A stretch of 64,000 bases of DNA, taken from assembly GCA_965235115.1 (NCBI GenBank), contig OZ249436.1:21950001-22014000 (forward strand), read 5' to 3'. Under the pieces are notes generated by a model. That model was not told the origin of the DNA, ran no database searches, and saw only the letters and a list, made by a program, of their open reading frames with translations. Source of the stretch: Laetmonice hystrix. Taxonomy: Eukaryota. Both the position numbers and the translations under genes were made by a program. This document shows positions 56,775-64,000 of the stretch, in pieces. Each line of letters opens with the position of its first letter. The first letter of the stretch is position 1.

Positions 56775-57222
56775 AGTCATGACCCCCTATTTAGCCAATG
56801 GGCTGCTGGTTGTCCCTCAAAATGGTATGGAGTGAATGTATCTAGGGCCAAGAATGGATATAACCCCCCTGAATGTGCTCATCAAATACCACAGAGAAAA
56901 AGTTCACTATATGATCAATAATATCAGTGTATTATTAGAGAATATCTGCTTAACTTTCCTTGGAAAATCTTAGCCAATATGTTATGTATCACAGGCCTGT
57001 ATTCTGGTCGATTTGGTGGTGCCACCTGGGGTCATGTAACAGAAGCTCCGATAAAATAAAATCTAATCATTCAACCTATACGTAAATTGAGTTTTTATTG
57101 TCGGAAACATGCATATCTAACCTGCCATGCCAAGCAGACATTCGCAGAAATTATTTTAAACATTGAAAATGGCCAAAACATTACATTAAATTATAGAAGA
57201 AAATAAATAGTGGATCATAACC
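56775..57222 (+). repeat. Long direct repeat 1 (448 bp)
   Basis: (A/G)GTCATGACCC...GGATCATAACC, flanked by TGTA. Confidence 0.9.
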
Positions 57223-57320
57223 TGTAGGGGCCTGATGGGAAACTCACTATACAAAGGAATTTTACTTCTGGTTGCCAAAGTCAACATTCAGAGAGTGTCA
57301 CCCATACCCACCAAAGCATC

Positions 57321-57742
57321 ATGGAGCCGCGGCAGTTTGTCACAAAAGTACAGGGCAGGTTACTGAGTAAAAGTAGACTCGTTTGTGGAGGGTGCCTCCT
57401 GTGGACAGAGGCCAGGACTGGTGGGGAGATTCACACTATGGGGTTCTAAGTCTTCGTTTGCCAGGTTCCTCTAAAAAGATTTATTTTCGTGTCCATAGAT
57501 TAGCCTATCAATTACACTACCTTATTCAACAACCAAATATTAACCACATTTCGGTTCAGATTTTAATGCCCCCCAACATCAATCTTCAGGGAGATAGGGT
57601 TGAAATTAGCCATTTGTGCCACCAAACCCTGTGTGTGAATCCCTCCCACCTGACCCTTGAGCCACGTCCAGTGAATGCTGCAAGACGTGTTTGTAATGCA
57701 CAGCAAGTTTGCACCCGGGAACACACCCCTAGGCCCCCCTAA
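57321..57742 (+). pseudogene. His-Me finger (His-Cys box) endonuclease, frameshifted
   Basis: ATG frame gives MEPRQF...GCLLWTEARTGG; a -1 shift in the G-run near 57425 continues with HYG...VHRLAY...ISHLCHQTLCVNPSHL...N..R..C....C. Confidence 0.85.
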
Positions 57743-57814
57743 CTGTTTTTTTCCTGGTAGGTGTAGCTCTAGTTTAGGTCTAACCCCGAGCTCTCTCACC
57801 GCCATAATTTATGT

Positions 57815-58597
57815 TCACATTTTTGTGTAGGTATGGTCACTGTGCTGAGTCTGTTTCAAGGCAAGATTTTTCTGGTAATAAGTTTTAGAATCCTGTGGTT
57901 CGCAGGTGTCCTTAAGCTTAAAAAGTGTCCTTCTTTTGTTGATTCGTGCATTCTTTTTCTTTGTTGACCCCCTGGCAAGTTTTCTGGCCATGTCCTGCTG
58001 CTGACGTCGCAGCAGGCCACGTGTCACCCGTGTACCAGGAGTGACTGGGGCTCCCACAAACTCCGCTTGACTCAGGATTGAATCACCAATCCCTCGATTT
58101 ACAGCATTCACAGCACAGTGCACTCTGGCAGCAAAGTTCCTTGAAAATGTTTTGTTCTTGGGTGTTGTACTGCTTATGGCCCTGTTGACAGCTTCACATT
58201 TCTGGGTGGTTAACAGGTGTTTGGTCTTTTCCAGGACTTTCTGGCCCAGCCTGTATTCAATCAGTCTGACCAGTTTCTCCTTGTCACCATCCGTGCATGT
58301 AAGGCCAAAGCCCTCAGGCAGGAATGCACTGTGTGACAGCCAGTTTTTCTTCTTTTTTGCTTTGCAAGGCCTTGCCTTGCACAGCCGGCCCTCACTGTCG
58401 GTGATGGTGGCTGCAGCCTGATCTCCTCTTCCACTGTGTGTAGGTGAGCGGAGTAATATGAATTCTTCTTTGGTGGGTCTTACATAGACACCTACGTCTG
58501 GTTCAGGCCTACCGGCCTGCTTTCTCAACTTGTAGGCGCAGTTACCAGGTTGAAAGCCATGTCTCCAGCTGTGCTTCTTTCTGCTACGTGATGTCAT
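57815..58597 (-). pseudogene. Kolobok-type DDE transposase with a large in-frame internal deletion (260 aa)
   Basis: Basic N-terminus (HGFQPGN, YVRPT) fused to the C-terminal TTQKCEAVNRAISSTTPKNKTFSRNFAARVH region (presumed catalytic E); no recognisable D/D core. Confidence 0.72.
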
Positions 58598-59322
58598 GGT
58601 AGTTTTCTAAGAAATTCTCTATAATTTAGGCGAATTTTTTTCAAAATCCTGTTCTAATCAAACAGAAAAATGATACTGAGTTTGATCTGCCTGTTGGCTT
58701 CATATATACCCACTCCCACCCTCTTCCCAGGCAGCTCAGACTCTCAAGTGGCACCTTTGAACCCCTCCCCCTAATAACCTAGGCTTCCTGCCTGGGGTGG
58801 GTGACCACCTTTGAGGGGTCCATACATCCACACAGACACTTGGAGTACATCTCTTTTGATGTTTCTTTGAAGTGAACATCCTTCCCATATTCCCTCAACT
58901 GAATTTGACACTTTTGAAATCCAACATAGGGAGATATGGGGATAAATATAATAAAATGGACCTTTTTTTTACTGAAAATATGACAGGGGATACTCACATG
59001 CTTCATAGGGAATGAAGATTCTCACTTTATATTTATTAATTTCAACTTTTGAACACTTTACATGTTGGCTTAATACATAACTAAAATGAGAAGTTCATAG
59101 ATGAATTTATTCATTGTCTAATTTGTGCACAAAGTCAGAATACTGCTATGAGTGCAGGGCAAAATAGGGGTTTTTTATCTCCGAGTGTCCATATTGTATA
59201 TGATCGATAACTCAGTCTTCATTTAGTCTACACCATTTATATTTTGTGTGGTTGTTGCAAACATATAACCATTAAAGGGGTCCAATTTTGAACAGATTCG
59301 GGGTGATGGGTCTTGATCTGTA

Positions 59323-59770
59323 GGTCATGACCCCCTATTTAGCCAATGGGCTGCTGGTTGTCCCTCAAAATGGTATGGAGTGAATGTATCTAGGGCCAAG
59401 AATGGATATAACCCCCCTGAATGTGCTCATCAAATACCACAGAGAAAAAGTTCACTATATGATCAATAATATCAGTGTATTATTAGAGAATATCTGCTTA
59501 ACTTTCCTTGGAAAATCTTAGCCAATATGTTATGTATCACAGGCCTGTATTCTGGTCGATTTGGTGGTGCCACCTGGGGTCATGTAACAGAAGCTCCGAT
59601 AAAATAAAATCTAATCATTCAACCTATACGTAAATTGAGTTTTTATTGTCGGAAACATGCATATCTAACCTGCCATGCCAAGCAGACATTCGCAGAAATT
59701 ATTTTAAACATTGAAAATGGCCAAAACATTACATTAAATTATAGAAGAAAATAAATAGTGGATCATAACC
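59323..59770 (+). repeat. Long direct repeat 2
   Basis: TGTA-GGTCATGA...TCATAACC-TGTA. Confidence 0.9.
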
Positions 59771-59868
59771 TGTAGGGGCCTGATGGGAAACTCACTATAC
59801 AAAGGAATTTTACTTCTGGTTGCCAAAGTCAACATTCAGAGAGTGTCACCCATACCCACCAAAGCATC

Positions 59869-60290
59869 ATGGAGCCGCGGCAGTTTGTCACAAAAGTACA
59901 GGGCAGGTTACTGAGTAAAAGTAGACTCGTTTGTGGAGGGTGCCTCCTGTGGACAGAGGCCAGGACTGGTGGGGAGATTCACACTATGGGGTTCTAAGTC
60001 TTCGTTTGCCAGGTTCCTCTAAAAAGATTTATTTTCGTGTCCATAGATTAGCCTATCAATTACACTACCTTATTCAACAACCAAATATTAACCACATTTC
60101 GGTTCAGATTTTAATGCCCCCCAACATCAATCTTCAGGGAGATAGGGTTGAAATTAGCCATTTGTGCCACCAAACCCTGTGTGTGAATCCCTCCCACCTG
60201 ACCCTTGAGCCACGTCCAGTGAATGCTGCAAGACGTGTTTGTAATGCACAGCAAGTTTGCACCCGGGAACACACCCCTAGGCCCCCCTAA
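59869..60290 (+). pseudogene. His-Me finger endonuclease, frameshifted (copy 2)
   Basis: Identical to 57321-57742. Confidence 0.85.
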
Positions 60291-60362
60291 CTGTTTTTTT
60301 CCTGGTAGGTGTAGCTCTAGTTTAGGTCTAACCCCGAGCTCTCTCACCGCCATAATTTATGT

Positions 60363-61145
60363 TCACATTTTTGTGTAGGTATGGTCACTGTGCTGAGTCT
60401 GTTTCAAGGCAAGATTTTTCTGGTAATAAGTTTTAGAATCCTGTGGTTCGCAGGTGTCCTTAAGCTTAAAAAGTGTCCTTCTTTTGTTGATTCGTGCATT
60501 CTTTTTCTTTGTTGACCCCCTGGCAAGTTTTCTGGCCATGTCCTGCTGCTGACGTCGCAGCAGGCCACGTGTCACCCGTGTACCAGGAGTGACTGGGGCT
60601 CCCACAAACTCCGCTTGACTCAGGATTGAATCACCAATCCCTCGATTTACAGCATTCACAGCACAGTGCACTCTGGCAGCAAAGTTCCTTGAAAATGTTT
60701 TGTTCTTGGGTGTTGTACTGCTTATGGCCCTGTTGACAGCTTCACATTTCTGGGTGGTTAACAGGTGTTTGGTCTTTTCCAGGACTTTCTGGCCCAGCCT
60801 GTATTCAATCAGTCTGACCAGTTTCTCCTTGTCACCATCCGTGCATGTAAGGCCAAAGCCCTCAGGCAGGAATGCACTGTGTGACAGCCAGTTTTTCTTC
60901 TTTTTTGCTTTGCAAGGCCTTGCCTTGCACAGCCGGCCCTCACTGTCGGTGATGGTGGCTGCAGCCTGATCTCCTCTTCCACTGTGTGTAGGTGAGCGGA
61001 GTAATATGAATTCTTCTTTGGTGGGTCTTACATAGACACCTACGTCTGGTTCAGGCCTACCGGCCTGCTTTCTCAACTTGTAGGCGCAGTTACCAGGTTG
61101 AAAGCCATGTCTCCAGCTGTGCTTCTTTCTGCTACGTGATGTCAT
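60363..61145 (-). pseudogene. Deleted Kolobok-type transposase (copy 2)
   Basis: Identical to 57815-58597. Confidence 0.72.
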
Positions 61146-61870
61146 GGTAGTTTTCTAAGAAATTCTCTATAATTTAGGCGAATTTTTTTCAAAATCCTGT
61201 TCTAATCAAACAGAAAAATGATACTGAGTTTGATCTGCCTGTTGGCTTCATATATACCCACTCCCACCCTCTTCCCAGGCAGCTCAGACTCTCAAGTGGC
61301 ACCTTTGAACCCCTCCCCCTAATAACCTAGGCTTCCTGCCTGGGGTGGGTGACCACCTTTGAGGGGTCCATACATCCACACAGACACTTGGAGTACATCT
61401 CTTTTGATGTTTCTTTGAAGTGAACATCCTTCCCATATTCCCTCAACTGAATTTGACACTTTTGAAATCCAACATAGGGAGATATGGGGATAAATATAAT
61501 AAAATGGACCTTTTTTTTACTGAAAATATGACAGGGGATACTCACATGCTTCATAGGGAATGAAGATTCTCACTTTATATTTATTAATTTCAACTTTTGA
61601 ACACTTTACATGTTGGCTTAATACATAACTAAAATGAGAAGTTCATAGATGAATTTATTCATTGTCTAATTTGTGCACAAAGTCAGAATACTGCTATGAG
61701 TGCAGGGCAAAATAGGGGTTTTTTATCTCCGAGTGTCCATATTGTATATGATCGATAACTCAGTCTTCATTTAGTCTACACCATTTATATTTTGTGTGGT
61801 TGTTGCAAACATATAACCATTAAAGGGGTCCAATTTTGAACAGATTCGGGGTGATGGGTCTTGATCTGTA

Positions 61871-62318
61871 GGTCATGACCCCCTATTTAGCCAATGGGCT
61901 GCTGGTTGTCCCTCAAAATGGTATGGAGTGAATGTATCTAGGGCCAAGAATGGATATAACCCCCCTGAATGTGCTCATCAAATACCACAGAGAAAAAGTT
62001 CACTATATGATCAATAATATCAGTGTATTATTAGAGAATATCTGCTTAACTTTCCTTGGAAAATCTTAGCCAATATGTTATGTATCACAGGCCTGTATTC
62101 TGGTCGATTTGGTGGTGCCACCTGGGGTCATGTAACAGAAGCTCCGATAAAATAAAATCTAATCATTCAACCTATACGTAAATTGAGTTTTTATTGTCGG
62201 AAACATGCATATCTAACCTGCCATGCCAAGCAGACATTCGCAGAAATTATTTTAAACATTGAAAATGGCCAAAACATTACATTAAATTATAGAAGAAAAT
62301 AAATAGTGGATCATAACC
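61871..62318 (+). repeat. Long direct repeat 3
   Basis: As LDR 2. Confidence 0.9.
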
Positions 62319-62416
62319 TGTAGGGGCCTGATGGGAAACTCACTATACAAAGGAATTTTACTTCTGGTTGCCAAAGTCAACATTCAGAGAGTGTCACCCA
62401 TACCCACCAAAGCATC

Positions 62417-62838
62417 ATGGAGCCGCGGCAGTTTGTCACAAAAGTACAGGGCAGGTTACTGAGTAAAAGTAGACTCGTTTGTGGAGGGTGCCTCCTGTGG
62501 ACAGAGGCCAGGACTGGTGGGGAGATTCACACTATGGGGTTCTAAGTCTTCGTTTGCCAGGTTCCTCTAAAAAGATTTATTTTCGTGTCCATAGATTAGC
62601 CTATCAATTACACTACCTTATTCAACAACCAAATATTAACCACATTTCGGTTCAGATTTTAATGCCCCCCAACATCAATCTTCAGGGAGATAGGGTTGAA
62701 ATTAGCCATTTGTGCCACCAAACCCTGTGTGTGAATCCCTCCCACCTGACCCTTGAGCCACGTCCAGTGAATGCTGCAAGACGTGTTTGTAATGCACAGC
62801 AAGTTTGCACCCGGGAACACACCCCTAGGCCCCCCTAA
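62417..62838 (+). pseudogene. His-Me finger endonuclease, frameshifted (copy 3)
   Basis: Identical to 57321-57742. Confidence 0.85.
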
Positions 62839-62910
62839 CTGTTTTTTTCCTGGTAGGTGTAGCTCTAGTTTAGGTCTAACCCCGAGCTCTCTCACCGCCA
62901 TAATTTATGT

Positions 62911-63450
62911 TCACATTTTTGTGTAGGTATGGTCACTGTGCTGAGTCTGTTTCAAGGCAAGATTTTTCTGGTAATAAGTTTTAGAATCCTGTGGTTCGCA
63001 GGTGTCCTTAAGCTTAAAAAGTGTCCTTCTTTTGTTGATTCGTGCATTCTTTTTCTTTGTTGACCCCCTGGCAAGTTTTCTGGCCATGTCCTGCTGCTGA
63101 CGTCGCAGCAGGCCACGTGTCACCCGTGTACCAGGAGTGACTGGGGCTCCCACAAACTCCGCTTGACTCAGGATTGAATCACCAATCCCTCGATTTACAG
63201 CATTCACAGCACAGTGCACTCTGGCAGCAAAGTTCCTTGAAAATGTTTTGTTCTTGGGTGTTGTACTGCTTATGGCCCTGTTGACAGCTTCACATTTCTG
63301 GGTGGTTAACAGGTGTTTGGTCTTTTCCAGGACTTTCTGGCCCAGCCTGTATTCAATCAGTCTGACCAGTTTCTCCTTGTCACCATCCGTGCATGTAAGG
63401 CCAAAGCCCTCAGGCAGGAATGCACTGTGTGACAGCCAGTTTTTCTTCTT
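62911..63450 (-). pseudogene. Transposase remnant (copy 3), interrupted by an insertion
   Basis: C-terminal ~180 aa identical to the other copies; identity stops in a T-run at ~63451. Confidence 0.72.
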
Positions 63451-64000
63451 TTTAGCCCCCAAACCCATCGGGTTTTGGGGGCTTATGATTCACCCTCTGT
63501 CCGTCCGTCCGTCCGTCCGTCCGTCCGTCCGTCCGTCCGTCCGTACGTCCGTCCGTCCGTCTGTCCGTCCGTCCGTGAACAGCGATATCTCAGAAACGTG
63601 CGGAACAATCATTTTCATATTTGAACACAAGATCAGGTACCATCCTGGCATGATGCACGTCAAAAGATTTTTTGATACGATCCAAGATGGCCGCCTGGCA
63701 GCCATATTGGTGAAATACACATTTACAGCGATATCTCTGTTAAAAGAATACCATTTTCATTCAAACTTAGCACAACGATAGGGGTTCATGGGGCAAACAT
63801 ACACGTCATTTTGTTTTCAGTTCGGATCCAATATGGCCGATCGGCAGCCATGTTTGTGTTGTTGGCAATGTCATTAGACTTTAGTGGCGTATAACTTGAC
63901 AATGGGGCGAGGTGTGGGTAAAGTTACTATGGGGAGCGAATAGGAAGTCATATATGAGGAATCTTTTGACACCATTATATTTGACCTTGGGTTGACATTT
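63451..64000 (+). mobile_element. HINE/DINE-1-like (Helentron-associated) non-autonomous element, end not resolved
   Basis: Starts in a T-run; AGCCCCCAAACCC-ATC-GGGTTTTGGGGGCT inverted repeat, (GTCC)n microsatellite at ~63498-63575, then ~147-bp-spaced CAA(G/T)ATGGCCG...GGCAGCCAT motifs. Confidence 0.7.

Larger units (their letters stand above)
56775..63450. mobile_element. Tandem array (2548-bp period, ~2.6 units) of an internally deleted KolobokP-like DNA transposon
   Basis: LDR-internal-LDR-internal-LDR layout; His-Me finger ORF (+) convergent with a transposase remnant (-). Confidence 0.82.

Noticed and set aside
57383..57742. His-Cys box ORF as a group I intron homing endonuclease or as the U5-cutting enzyme
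   Set aside because: No rRNA or intron context; it lies inside an LDR-bounded transposon and is frameshifted; the Tx1 encodes its own APE endonuclease
56775..59770. 448-bp direct repeats as retroviral LTRs
   Set aside because: Ends are GG...CC rather than TG...CA, there is no PBS, gag or RT, and the internal ORFs fit a DNA transposon
63248..63781. 177-aa ORF with SVRP repeats and its antisense TDGR ORF
   Set aside because: Translation of the (GTCC)n microsatellite of the HINE-like element

Overview
Eukaryotic repeat locus, probably from a marine invertebrate (inferred from the transposon types only); no ordinary host protein gene is visible. (1) 3.6-24.2 kb is a tandem U5 snRNA gene array with a ~4.02-kb unit. 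Each unit holds two U5 variants plus a 1988-bp TIR transposon (9-bp TSD) that itself contains a 448-bp solo repeat. Five U5 genes are intact. (2) A Tx1-like (L1-group, APE+RT) non-LTR retrotransposon has parasitised the array. All 11 poly(A) junctions abut essentially the same U5 position (10 exactly, one shifted by ~3 nt), immediately 3' of the invariant loop I (GCCTTTTACT^AAAGATTTCCGTGGGG). From 24 to 56 kb the copies are stacked head-to-tail, with ~15-bp duplications for full-length copies and ~51 or ~160-166 bp for 5'-truncated copies. One copy (24195-30076) is fully intact. (3) A young, intact 9.5-kb Ty3/gypsy-type LTR retrotransposon sits inside one Tx1 copy; it has a -1 gag-pol frameshift signal and a possible spliced accessory gene. 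(4) 56.8-63.4 kb is a 2548-bp tandem array of a deleted KolobokP-like DNA transposon (448-bp long direct repeats, His-Me finger nuclease convergent with a transposase remnant). Its direct repeat is the same sequence as the solo repeat inside the U5 units. (5) A HINE/DINE-1-like element ends the window. All calls were made by eye; no database search was run.
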